64,000 bases of DNA, taken from assembly GCA_963725865.1 (NCBI GenBank), contig CAVSAC010000010.1:576001-640000 (forward strand). Direction: 5' to 3'. The position numbers and the translations under genes were made by a program. Shown here in pieces: positions 10,493-19,848 of this stretch. The first letter of the stretch is position 1. Each line of letters opens with the position of its first letter. The notes under the pieces are model-generated. The model did no database searches and was not told the DNA's origin. It saw nothing but the letters and a program-made list of their open reading frames with translations. This stretch comes from Candidatus Eiseniibacteriota bacterium. GTDB lineage: Bacteria; Eisenbacteria; RBG-16-71-46.

Positions 10493-11779
10493 GTGATCCG
10501 CCGCATCCTCTTCGTCGCAATCGCGCTCGCTGGGTCGTCTTGGGGCGCGTCCCGTGCGCTCGCCGTGACCGCCCGTGACCTCGGCTCCCGCCTGGTGATC
10601 GATGGCTACACCACGGACTTCACCGACGACGAATCGGTATTCGGCTTCAACGAGGCGGAGGACGCGCTCGAGGAGCCGATCAACGACTCGAAGTGGGGGT
10701 CGAACGACGACCTCAACCAGATCCGCATCACCTGGGACGCCCGCAATCTGTACCTCGCGGGCGAAGGTCGGATCTGGGACAACAACATGATGCTGTTCAT
10801 CGACAGTGTCCCATCCCTGGGGCTGTCGGATCTGACCGCCGTCAACTCCTGGCGACGCAACATCTACTTCGATACCACCTCGGTCGCGGCCGGCGGCGGT
10901 TTCGGCCCCGACCTCTTCGCGGCGACGTGGGATCGGAACACCAGCCCGCGACTGATCATCCGCGACGGGGAACGCCACGTCCTCGACCGCGAGGTCAGCA
11001 GCGGCCTGTACTCCGCCTCGGCCACGTTCGATCAGGGCAACAACGGGCGCTCGATGGAAGTGGCGATCCCGTGGCGCACCGTGTTTCTCGGCCCGGTGGG
11101 GCTCGGCACGCGCGACACCGTGATGACGGTCGACGGGGTGCGCGACACGATTCACATCTTCCCGCCCGGGACGAAGCTGAAGCTGTGCGGATTCATCACC
11201 GCCGGCGGGGACGGCACCGGCGGCCCGGACTCGGGACCGGACAACACGCGTGGCCTCTCGAACGACTCCGGAGTGGCCGCGTATCTCGACAACTGGGCGA
11301 TCATCGACCTGGATCGCCTTGACGACACCGGGCTCGGACGCGGCGGTCCGGACGGGGTCGCCGACTGGGGCGTCGAGCCGCGCTCGCGCGTTTCGTTCCG
11401 GTTCCGTCCGCCGATCAACGCCGACCTCAATTTCGGCCTGAGCGAGGTGAACCTCGACCGTCCCGCGTTCCGGCCGGACGCCGGCGAGCACGTCGGATTC
11501 AAGGTGGTCCTCACCCCCACCCCGGATCCGACGAACGACTTCGTGCAGATCTTCAAGATGCCGCTCAGCGCGCGGGTCTACGACATGCGCGGGCGGCTGG
11601 TGCGGACCATCCTCGACCACCAGTCCCGGTTCGCGCTCGCGATGGAGGATGCGGTCCTCGACCGCTGGGATGGACGCGACGACAACGGGACCATCGTGCC
11701 GCCGGGGATCTACATCCTGCGCACCACGATCGACGAGAACATCAGCCGGGCGACGCGACCGTTCGTGGTGGTCCGATGA
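10493..11779 (+). CDS. Secreted acidic DOMON/CBM9-like protein with FlgD-Ig/T9SS-like CTD
   Basis: GAGGT RBS, GTG start, signal peptide; LVIDGYTTDF...DLNQIRITWDARNLYLAG...MLFID; C-terminus VYDMRGRLVRTI..WDGRDDNGTIVPPGIYILR. Confidence 0.8.
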   Translation: MIRRILFVAIALAGSSWGASRALAVTARDLGSRLVIDGYTTDFTDDESVFGFNEAEDALEEPINDSKWGSNDDLNQIRITWDARNLYLAGEGRIWDNNMMLFIDSVPSLGLSDLTAVNSWRRNIYFDTTSVAAGGGFGPDLFAATWDRNTSPRLIIRDGERHVLDREVSSGLYSASATFDQGNNGRSMEVAIPWRTVFLGPVGLGTRDTVMTVDGVRDTIHIFPPGTKLKLCGFITAGGDGTGGPDSGPDNTRGLSNDSGVAAYLDNWAIIDLDRLDDTGLGRGGPDGVADWGVEPRSRVSFRFRPPINADLNFGLSEVNLDRPAFRPDAGEHVGFKVVLTPTPDPTNDFVQIFKMPLSARVYDMRGRLVRTILDHQSRFALAMEDAVLDRWDGRDDNGTIVPPGIYILRTTIDENISRATRPFVVVR

Positions 11780-12723
11780 GCCGGCGCCGCGGTCCGACGA
11801 TCGCCGGCGCGACGGTGCTCGCAGCCTTGCTGCTCGCGTCGCACCCGTCGCACGCCTACTTCGAGGAGTCCGCCACCGGCGCGCGCGGTGTCTCGATGGG
11901 CGGCGCCGCGATCAGTCTCATCACCGATGTCTCGGCCTATCACTGGAATCCCGCCGGCCTCGCAGCGCTGGAACAGGGCGAGGTCCTGGTCGACTTCGCG
12001 CGGCCGCACGGCGTCCCCGACCTCAACGAGGGGGCCATCGTGCTCGGCGCCCGGCGCTTCGGCACCGGGTGGGCCGCCGGCTGGCATCGCCTGTCGATCG
12101 CCGGGATCTACAGCGAGGACCTGCTCTGCCTCGCCGCCGGGCGCACGCTCGCGGCACGCCGCGACGGGCTTGCGCTGGCGGGCGGCGCGACGTTCCGCTA
12201 CGGGCGCGTCGGATTCCAGCCGTTCGACGAGCCGGGCACCGGCGCCACGATCGGCTACGGTTCCCAGGCCAAGGGCGATCTCGACGTCGGCCTGCGGCTG
12301 ACGACCCCCTGGCGGATCGACTTCGCGTGGGTCGCCCGCGACCTGCTGCAGCCGCGCTACGAATTCGTGGCGGGCAGCGGCGGTCAGCTGCAGCGCTCGC
12401 ACCAGGAGCTGGGGGTCGCGATGCGCTGGAATCGCGAGTCCACCATCACGACCGGCTGGTCCCAGGATGCCGCCGGCAACTCGAGCTTCAACACCGGGCT
12501 CGAGATCCAGTTCTTCGACGTGTTCGCCGTCCGCTCCGGGATCACGCACATCTCGGAGATCTACCAGACCTACGGCTCCGCGGACGACCTGCAGTTCGTG
12601 GGCGGCTTCGGCGTCTACCATCGGGGCTACTACGTGGACGCCGCCGCGACCACGAACCACGACCTCGGCGCCTCGTACCGGGTCTCGCTGCGCGTGCCGA
12701 TCGGCCGCGGAGGCCCGCGATGA
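11776..12723 (+). CDS. PorV/PorQ (FadL-like) family outer-membrane beta-barrel
   Basis: ATGA-coupled to the upstream gene; signal peptide; N-terminal signature GARGVSMGGAAISLITDVSAYHWNPAGLA; C-terminal HDLGASYRVSL. Confidence 0.75.
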   Translation: MSRRRGPTIAGATVLAALLLASHPSHAYFEESATGARGVSMGGAAISLITDVSAYHWNPAGLAALEQGEVLVDFARPHGVPDLNEGAIVLGARRFGTGWAAGWHRLSIAGIYSEDLLCLAAGRTLAARRDGLALAGGATFRYGRVGFQPFDEPGTGATIGYGSQAKGDLDVGLRLTTPWRIDFAWVARDLLQPRYEFVAGSGGQLQRSHQELGVAMRWNRESTITTGWSQDAAGNSSFNTGLEIQFFDVFAVRSGITHISEIYQTYGSADDLQFVGGFGVYHRGYYVDAAATTNHDLGASYRVSLRVPIGRGGPR

Positions 12724-14306
12724 CAGTCCGCCGGGCCGCGCGCGGGCTGCTCGCCCTCATGCTGCTGCACTCGATCCCCGCCGCCGCCGCGACGAAGCTC
12801 GAAGGCGAGTACCAGCTGATGGTCGACATGTCGAAGCCGTTCCGGGCCTACCCGTGGGACTACGACAGCAACGACGGCAGCGTCGACGCCCCGACGCGCC
12901 TGTGGCTGTTCTCGCAGCCGCGACCCGGGATCGAGTCCTTCATGAAGGTCGAGGCGCAGTGGGACCGCGGCTCGAACTCGACGGCCCGGCCGGAGTTCCA
13001 GTACCGCGAGGCGCACCTGCGGTTCCGCCGCGAGATGGGCACCCGCGGGATCGACAGCTACCTGTTCTCGCGCCAGAACCGGTTCTGGGTCGACAATTAT
13101 CTCATCCGCTTCGTCGGCGACCGCGGCGATGCGCAGGGCGTGCGCGTGGAGAGCTGGGGATTTCTCGGCGCGAACGCCACGTTCATCGTCGGCGATCAGA
13201 GCAGCCAGCTGGATCCGCCGACGCTCATCAGCGGGTGGACCGGCAGCACCGGCCTGCCGCGCGGCTTCGCGCCGGTCGACTCGCTGGTGGGCCAGGCGAA
13301 GCAGCGCACCGACGACCTCTACGTGGGGCGCCTGCGCCGCGAGTTCCTCAAGGACCACGCGCTCCGGCTCGGAACGACCTGGACGCGCTCCGAGAACTGG
13401 ACCGGTCGCGACAGCATCAGCGGGCGTTCGCCCTGGAACAGCGTGCTCGGCTTCGACAGCCGCTACCGTTTCCGCGGCGCCGACTTCTCGCTGGAATTCG
13501 GCGTCAGCGGCCAGCAGATCGACGATCCGCCGGGCCGCGAGCTGACCTTCTTCCGCCGTTCGACCGGGATCGCGCTGCCGAAGCGCGGCGTCATCCGGGC
13601 CGAGATCCGCAGCCTCAAGCTCGGCACCGAGGGAATGGGGTTCCTGAGCGTGACCCCGCAATGGTGGGCCTACGGGCCGGCGTGGCAGAACAACCTCGGC
13701 GGGCCGAGCCGGAACGAGTCCGGATTCCTGGTGCAGTCCAACTACCTGCTGCCCGACCGCGCGGTCACGTACTCGAACCAGTTCACCGACTACACGCGCT
13801 ACGACGACAGCAAGCGCTTCCGCGAGGTCTACAACGAGCTGTACGTCGAGTTCATCAACGGCTTCACCGGCAAGACCGCCTACAAGCAGCACGACGAGTT
13901 CACGTACGTGGCGCGCCGTTCGCGCACGCTGGTCTTCCGCGAGCGCTACCTGTCGTGGATGAACGAGCTCCAGGTCGAGAGCCGGCTCGCCTGGCTCCGC
14001 GTGCAGACCAAGTCGCTCAACATCGGACGGCCCGAGGGCAAGCAGCTGTTCGTCATCGAGGACCGCATCAACCTCACCGAGAAGACCAAGATCTACAACC
14101 GATTCGCACTCGGCAGCGACCCGGCCCAGCTGCGCAAGGGCGTCTTCACGCAGCTCCAGTACCGGCCCACCGACCGCATGGAGATGTACCTGTCGTACGG
14201 CCCCGACTACATCGGCGGCGGCTCCAACCCGGTCGAGGACGGCAATCTCAGCGGCTCGGGCAATCAGGTCGACGAGATCAAGTTCATCCTGAAGGGGAGT
14301 TTCTGA
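12720..14306 (+). CDS. Uncharacterised outer-membrane beta-barrel protein (528 aa)
   Basis: ATGA overlap; signal peptide MTVRRAARGLLALMLLHSIPAAAA; amphipathic aromatic-rich strands; terminal strand IKFILKGSF ending in Phe. Confidence 0.7.
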   Translation: MTVRRAARGLLALMLLHSIPAAAATKLEGEYQLMVDMSKPFRAYPWDYDSNDGSVDAPTRLWLFSQPRPGIESFMKVEAQWDRGSNSTARPEFQYREAHLRFRREMGTRGIDSYLFSRQNRFWVDNYLIRFVGDRGDAQGVRVESWGFLGANATFIVGDQSSQLDPPTLISGWTGSTGLPRGFAPVDSLVGQAKQRTDDLYVGRLRREFLKDHALRLGTTWTRSENWTGRDSISGRSPWNSVLGFDSRYRFRGADFSLEFGVSGQQIDDPPGRELTFFRRSTGIALPKRGVIRAEIRSLKLGTEGMGFLSVTPQWWAYGPAWQNNLGGPSRNESGFLVQSNYLLPDRAVTYSNQFTDYTRYDDSKRFREVYNELYVEFINGFTGKTAYKQHDEFTYVARRSRTLVFRERYLSWMNELQVESRLAWLRVQTKSLNIGRPEGKQLFVIEDRINLTEKTKIYNRFALGSDPAQLRKGVFTQLQYRPTDRMEMYLSYGPDYIGGGSNPVEDGNLSGSGNQVDEIKFILKGSF

Positions 14307-16726
14307 TGCGATCACCCATCCTGGCCCGCGCCGTATGCCTCGTCTCGCTCGTGAGCGTAGGCCTGGCGATGTCCCTGCTCTCGCCGGCCCTCCCGGTCGC
14401 CCACGCCGCGCCCGAGAAGGCCGCCGACGGCATCCGCTTCACGTACACGGACCCGAACGCCGGGGCGATCGCGTGGGCGGGCGCTTTCAACAACTGGTCC
14501 ATGACCGCGAATCCGCTGGTGCGCGGGGCCGACGGGGTCTGGAGCGTCGTGATCCCGTTGCCGGCCGGGGACCATCCGTACAAGTTCGTGGTGGACGGCC
14601 AGTGGTTCGCGGACCCCGAGAACGGTGTCACCGCGGGTGCCGAGGGCAACAGCATCGTGCGCGTCGGCGCCGGCGGCGAGGTCGTGCGCCAGGCGGCGAC
14701 CTCGAACACGCCGTACAGCCCCAAGATCAACATCGGCGGGCGGACCATCTCGCTGTTCCACGAGACCTGGAGCCCGCGGTTCGGGCGCTGGGAGCTGACG
14801 CGGCCGATGTTCGACATCGACGTCGGCATGGACGTGCGGGTCTCCGACGTGCTGCGTGCGCATCTGCTGATGAACATCGATCCCGAGCGGGAGGACGTCC
14901 GCGACGACCGCAGCCGGCTCAACTTCAAGCGCGGCTCGCTCGAGATGACCCAGCGCGACCTGCGGATCACCGCGTTCGACAGCGAGAACATCGGCACCTG
15001 GGACGACCCCGCGCGGCTGGTCGGCGGCATCGGCGTGTTCGACCACCCGTACGGCTACCAGCGCCAGGGCGTGACCCTGTCGGTCCAGAAGCTCGGATTC
15101 GACTCCCAGTTCCTGCTCTCCGACAACTTCGACGACCGGAACAACACCAACAGCGACGCGTACCGCGGCTTCAGCATCGACAACTTCCCCACGTTCACGA
15201 TCCCGGCCGTCGAGCCGCAGTCGCGCACCAGCAGCTACAATCCGACCTTCGCATTCGTGGACGACTGGCTGTCGGCCTACACCGCGCTGGCGGGTCTCAC
15301 GACCGAGCGCGCGGGTTCCGGCTACCGGCTGATCCAGGACCAGACCACGAAGATCTCGAGCCTCGACTTCGGCGACAACGGCAAGCGGTTCGGCTTCGGT
15401 GACAACTACCGCAACACGTACGCCGCCCGCGTGCGCCGCCATCTCCCCGGCGGGCTCACGCTCGGCGCGCTCGGGCGCAGCGACCGCGGGTACGGATTCG
15501 GCCGTCTCACGCTGGCGGAGCCGCTCAGCGACAGCACCGCCCGCCTGCTCTCGCTGGTGGACTCGCAGGGCCGCCTGTTCTCGGGGGCGATGTACTCGCA
15601 GCAGTGGTTCGGCGGCGGCCTCGACGCGAGTCTCGACTGGAGTCCCACGATCCGGCTCTATGGCGAGGTCCTGCTCGGCGCGCGGCGGCTCAACTTCGTG
15701 AACGGCAGCGTGTCCTCGATCCTCGAGGCCGACTCCCTGCTCTCCACGCGCGCCGTGTTCCGCAACGTGGCCAGTGAGACCCGCAACATCGACGGCGATC
15801 ACCTCACGGTGGACCGCGGCGGGCGCTTCATCGTGGGCGGCTCCTGGACGTTCGCGAAGGGCGACGTCACGCTGCGCGGCTCGATCGAGCACCAGACCCA
15901 CCGCTACCCCGCGTGGACGCAGGCGCCGGTGGCGCCCGCCGGCCAGCCGCCTGTCAACCACCGGCGCTTCGAGACGGTCGACTACCAGCTCGGGTCGTAT
16001 CTCGGGTCCGACCGCGACATCGAGAACTCCATGACCGCGACCCGTCTGGCGTGGGACCGCAACTGGCGCTACTACCTCGACCGCGAGGTCAAGACCACGC
16101 TCGAGGTGGAGTGGGTGGGTTTCGACTACGACCAGCGCACCGCGTGGGAGCACCAGCTGTGGTTCCCGACCGGCAACTTCTGGCTCGAGAGCGGCCAGCA
16201 CCTGGTCTCGATCGACCGGCTGACCGTGCTCGGCGAGGAACACACCGTCCGCGTCAGGCCGCGACTCGAGGTGCCGTTGCTGCGCAGTCGCGACATGCGG
16301 TTCGTCTACCAGGGCACCCTCGCCGGCATCGACCTGGGTCATCGGCCCCGCTACGCGGAGTCGGTGCTCCAGTTCGGATTCGATCTCAGCCGCACGCTGC
16401 GGTTCAACTCGGACACTCGCTGGGTCAAGTACGATGCGCCGTTGCTCGCGCTCGATCGCGGCTTCATCAGCCAGTACAGCGAGGTGGTGCTGAAGTTCTC
16501 GCCCACCATCGAGCTGTCGCTCGGCCGCGGCGTCGACCCCGAGGTGCTGGATCCGAACACGAACGAGTACGGCCCGATCGGCCGCGACGTGTTCCTGAAC
16601 GACCGCAACGCGAACGGCTACTACGCCGAGACCAACTATCTCAGCCTGGCGCCGCAGATCCGCGGTGCCGAACAGGCGCTGCAGGATCTGCGCCGGTTCC
16701 AGCTCCAAGCCATCGTCCGCTTCTAG
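14306..16726 (+). CDS. CBM48 (glycogen-binding) domain fused to an outer-membrane beta-barrel (806 aa)
   Basis: TGATG overlap; signal peptide; CBM48 IRFTY..AGAFNNWS..GVWSVVIPLPAGDHPYKFVVDGQWFADPEN; then about 680 aa of amphipathic strands ending FQLQAIVRF. Confidence 0.78.
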   Translation: MRSPILARAVCLVSLVSVGLAMSLLSPALPVAHAAPEKAADGIRFTYTDPNAGAIAWAGAFNNWSMTANPLVRGADGVWSVVIPLPAGDHPYKFVVDGQWFADPENGVTAGAEGNSIVRVGAGGEVVRQAATSNTPYSPKINIGGRTISLFHETWSPRFGRWELTRPMFDIDVGMDVRVSDVLRAHLLMNIDPEREDVRDDRSRLNFKRGSLEMTQRDLRITAFDSENIGTWDDPARLVGGIGVFDHPYGYQRQGVTLSVQKLGFDSQFLLSDNFDDRNNTNSDAYRGFSIDNFPTFTIPAVEPQSRTSSYNPTFAFVDDWLSAYTALAGLTTERAGSGYRLIQDQTTKISSLDFGDNGKRFGFGDNYRNTYAARVRRHLPGGLTLGALGRSDRGYGFGRLTLAEPLSDSTARLLSLVDSQGRLFSGAMYSQQWFGGGLDASLDWSPTIRLYGEVLLGARRLNFVNGSVSSILEADSLLSTRAVFRNVASETRNIDGDHLTVDRGGRFIVGGSWTFAKGDVTLRGSIEHQTHRYPAWTQAPVAPAGQPPVNHRRFETVDYQLGSYLGSDRDIENSMTATRLAWDRNWRYYLDREVKTTLEVEWVGFDYDQRTAWEHQLWFPTGNFWLESGQHLVSIDRLTVLGEEHTVRVRPRLEVPLLRSRDMRFVYQGTLAGIDLGHRPRYAESVLQFGFDLSRTLRFNSDTRWVKYDAPLLALDRGFISQYSEVVLKFSPTIELSLGRGVDPEVLDPNTNEYGPIGRDVFLNDRNANGYYAETNYLSLAPQIRGAEQALQDLRRFQLQAIVRF

Positions 16727-16747
16727 CAGGGCCGCCGGAGGAGAAGC

Positions 16748-17155
16748 ATGCGAACCCGCACCTCGAAGTCCGTCGTGGCCCTCCTGGTCCTCGTGCTGGT
16801 GGTGGCCGGCTGCAGCTCGATGAACTTCATCAAGCGCCGGCTGCCCATGCCGACCCAGACGCCCGAGGGCGTGGTGTTTCGCTTCGTCGCGCCGTCGGCG
16901 AAGGTGGTGCAGCTGGGGGGCAACTGGCCCGAGAACAACTGGCTGAACGGTCAGGCCCAGAGCGGCAGCTTCCTGATCGGCGAGATGAAGGATCCCGACG
17001 GGGACGGCATCTGGGAACGGCTCGAGAAACTGCCGCCCGGGCGCTACCAGTACAAGTTCGTCATCGATCGCGTGAACTGGAAGGAAGACCCGAACAATCC
17101 GAACCGCATCGACGATGGCTACGGCGGATTCAACTCGCTGCTCGACGTGCGCTGA
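16748..17155 (+). CDS. Single-CBM48 lipoprotein
   Basis: GGAGGAG RBS; lipobox VAGC; VVFRF..DGIWE..LPPGRYQYKFVID..WKEDPNN..DDGYGGFNS. Confidence 0.85.
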   Translation: MRTRTSKSVVALLVLVLVVAGCSSMNFIKRRLPMPTQTPEGVVFRFVAPSAKVVQLGGNWPENNWLNGQAQSGSFLIGEMKDPDGDGIWERLEKLPPGRYQYKFVIDRVNWKEDPNNPNRIDDGYGGFNSLLDVR

Positions 17156-17180
17156 GGTCGTGAAAGGACGCCGTGTCCCG

Positions 17181-18302
17181 ATGAGTCCACATCTCCCGCG
17201 CTGGTCTCCCCTCGTCGCCGTGGCCACCCTGCTGGTGGTCCTCGCGGCCGGCTGCGGACGCAATTCGTCGCACTCGCGCCTGATCCCGACCGGCCTGCGC
17301 CCGCGTCCGGCGGTGGGCCCCGGGTCGCTGGTCGGGACCGTGGCGTTCGACCCCGCGGTGGTGCCGGAGCTGGGCATCCCGCCGTATCCGCCCGTGCGCG
17401 TCGAGCTGCTGGCCGGCGACTCCCTGATCGCGGCGGATACGCTGCCGTCGGGCGTCTCCGAGTTCCAGTTCACGGGACTCCAGCTCGGGACCTATGCGGT
17501 CGCTGCCAGCGCGCCCGAGTTCGTGCGCACGTCGCTCCCGCCGGTCGCGCTCGGCGCGCGCGGCGTCGACGTCGGCGAGATCACGATGGGGATCAAGCCG
17601 ACCCTCCACGGCCGCGTGCTGTTCAGCCTCCAGCAGGCGCCGGAGCTGGCGAACCCGCCGTTCCCGCTGGCCGCCGTCGAGCTGTGGAACGACACCGCGC
17701 GCGTCGCCGTCGACTCGCTGGGCGCCACCAAGGACCGGTTCCGATTCACCCGCGTGGCCCCCGGCCGCTACACCGTGCGGCTGCGCTCGCGGGTGTTCCA
17801 GAACAAGAACGTGGGCCCGATCACCGCGCCGCGCGGCGACATCGACCTCGGCGACGTCGACTTCCCGATCGACCCCAGCAAGATCGCCAGCACCATGCAG
17901 GTCTCGGGCGACCTCAACGGGTACGACTTCGACGTGCCGTCGTACATGGGCCTGGCCTCACTCGGGCTCTGGCTCGGCCCCCGCCTGATCGCCCACGACA
18001 TCAACGGCAACGAAGTCGTGGGGGACTCGACGCTCACGCTGGCGCCCGGGACGTACCGCTTCCGGTTCATGGCCGAAGGCGATCCGAGCGGTCTCACCGG
18101 CTATGGTGGCGATGGCTCGATCGTCGACGTGCCGGTGAGCGCCGCACGCGCGTTCGTCGTCACCGGGGCCGGCAACGACATCCGCATCCGGGTCACCACC
18201 GCGGGACGCTATCGCTTCTTCCTCGACGAGCGTCGCGAGACGTTCGACGTGGTGAGCGTGCCGGGTCCCGGCGCTGTCTACGCGAGGAGACTCACACGAT
18301 GA
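17181..18302 (+). CDS. Lipoprotein with two carboxypeptidase-regulatory-like beta-sandwich repeats and a SusE/SusF-like C-terminal module
   Basis: Lipobox AAGC; repeats FQFTGLQLGTYAV and FRFTRVAPGRYTV; C-terminus MQVSGDLNGYD..LTLAPGTYRFRF..VTTAGRYRFFLD. Confidence 0.6.
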   Translation: MSPHLPRWSPLVAVATLLVVLAAGCGRNSSHSRLIPTGLRPRPAVGPGSLVGTVAFDPAVVPELGIPPYPPVRVELLAGDSLIAADTLPSGVSEFQFTGLQLGTYAVAASAPEFVRTSLPPVALGARGVDVGEITMGIKPTLHGRVLFSLQQAPELANPPFPLAAVELWNDTARVAVDSLGATKDRFRFTRVAPGRYTVRLRSRVFQNKNVGPITAPRGDIDLGDVDFPIDPSKIASTMQVSGDLNGYDFDVPSYMGLASLGLWLGPRLIAHDINGNEVVGDSTLTLAPGTYRFRFMAEGDPSGLTGYGGDGSIVDVPVSAARAFVVTGAGNDIRIRVTTAGRYRFFLDERRETFDVVSVPGPGAVYARRLTR

Positions 18303-19748
18303 ATCCGAAATCCCTTTGCGCCGTGCTCGCGGCGCTGCTGCTGTGGTCGCTCCCCGGCTGCGCCGGCGGCTGGCGCAATGGCCCGCCTCCGGGCGCCGCG
18401 ACCGCGCAGGCCGTCGCGCCCGCGGCCCGGCCCGCGGCGGCGACCGCCCCCACCGGCACCCACGCGACCGCCGAGGGCGTGCTGTTCGTGTGGACCGGCG
18501 GCGGCAACAGCGTGAACGTGGCCGGCGAGTTCAACGCCTGGAGCACCTCCGCCGACCCGATGCAGAAGCAGGCCGACGGCTCGTTCACGCTCGCGAAGCC
18601 GCTGGCCGCGGGCCGCTACCCGTACAAGTTCGTGGTCAATGGCACCGACTGGAAGCCCGACCCGGGCGCCACCGAGTCCGTCGACGACGGCTTCGGCGGC
18701 AAGAACTCGGTCGTCGTGGTCGGCGGGGCCGGCACCGCGGCGACCGCCTTGCCGGCCGCCGCGGCGAGCGCTCCCGCCGGCAAGGCGACCCACGCCACCG
18801 CGGACGGCGCGTTGTTCGTGTGGAGCGGCGGCGGCAACAGCGTGAACGTGGCCGGCGAGTTCAACGCCTGGAGCACCTCCGCCGACCCGATGCAGAAGCA
18901 GGCCGACGGCTCGTTCACGCTCGCGAAGCCGCTGGCCGCGGGCCGCTACCCGTACAAGTTCGTGGTGAACGGCACCGACTGGAAGCCCGATCCGAGCGCC
19001 ACCGAGTCCGTCGACGACGGCTTCGGCGGCAAGAACTCGGTCGATCGTGGTCGGCGCGCAGGCGGCCACCAGCCTGGTGAGCGCGCCCGTGACACCCGCG
19101 GCGAGCGCCCCGGTCGCGGCGGGAGCCGGCACGCGCGAGACCGCCGACGGCGCGCTGTTCGTGTGGAGCGGCGGCGGCAACACCGTGAACGTGGCCGGTG
19201 AGTTCAACGCGTGGAGCACCTCCGCGGATCCGATGCAGAAGCAGAGCGACGGTTCGTTCACGCTGCTCAAGAAGCTGGCTCCCGGCCGCTACCCGTACAA
19301 GTTCGTGGTGAACGGCACCGACTGGAAGCCCGATCCGGCCGCCCAGGAGAGCGTCGACGACGGCTACGGTGGCAAGAACTCGCTCATCGTGCTGGCCGGC
19401 GGCGCGACCGCGACGGCCCCGGCGGCATCACCCGCTCCGGCGGCCGCGCCGGCCGTGGTGACCGGCAAGGCCAAGGCGCCGGCGCAGTCCGCCGCCGGCG
19501 TGACGTTCACCTGCGCGCAGAGCGCACGGACCGTGCACCTCGCGGGCGACTTCAACGGCTGGTCGACCACCGCCGACCCGCTCGCGCGGCAGAGCGACGG
19601 CACCTGGACGCTCACGAAGAAGCTGGCGCCCGGGGTGTATGCGTACAAGTTCATTCTCGACGGCACGACGTGGAAGACCGACGACGCCAATCCCGCAAAG
19701 CGGGACGACGGCTTCGGCGGCACCAACTCGGTCGTGACCGTGAAGTGA
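18299..19748 (+). CDS. Lipoprotein with four tandem CBM48 modules and Ala/Pro/Thr linkers; +1 frameshift near 19043
   Basis: Lipobox LPGC; three copies of VNVAGEFNAWS..GRYPYKFVVNGTDWKPDP..DDG(F/Y)GGKNS plus a fourth divergent copy; comparing copies shows one extra base (tcggtcgatcgtg vs tcggtcgtcgtg). Confidence 0.85.
18458..19395 (+). repeat. Three near-identical direct repeats of about 260 bp encoding CBM48 modules (periods 330 and 343 nt)
   Basis: cgtgaacgtggccgg at 18511, 18841 and 19184; copies 1 and 2 are identical over roughly 140 nt. Confidence 0.9.
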
Positions 19749-19755
19749 TCGCCCG

Positions 19756-19779
19756 GGGCGGCCGCACGCGCGGCCGCCC
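19756..19779 (+). terminator. Intra-operon GC stem-loop between the tetra-CBM48 gene and the GH13 gene
   Basis: 10-bp stem GGGCGGCCGC-acgc-GCGGCCGCCC; no strong U-tract. Confidence 0.4.
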
Positions 19780-19848
19780 TCTCGCGTGCGGAGCGGACCC
19801 CCTTTCCGACTCCGGCGCTTCCCCGCAGGCTCGAAGGAGTCCGGACGC

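Noticed and set aside
18458..19395. Direct repeats considered as a CRISPR array or mobile element
   Set aside because: Units are about 260 bp of in-frame protein domain, with no short repeat-spacer pattern and no cas or transposase gene in the window.
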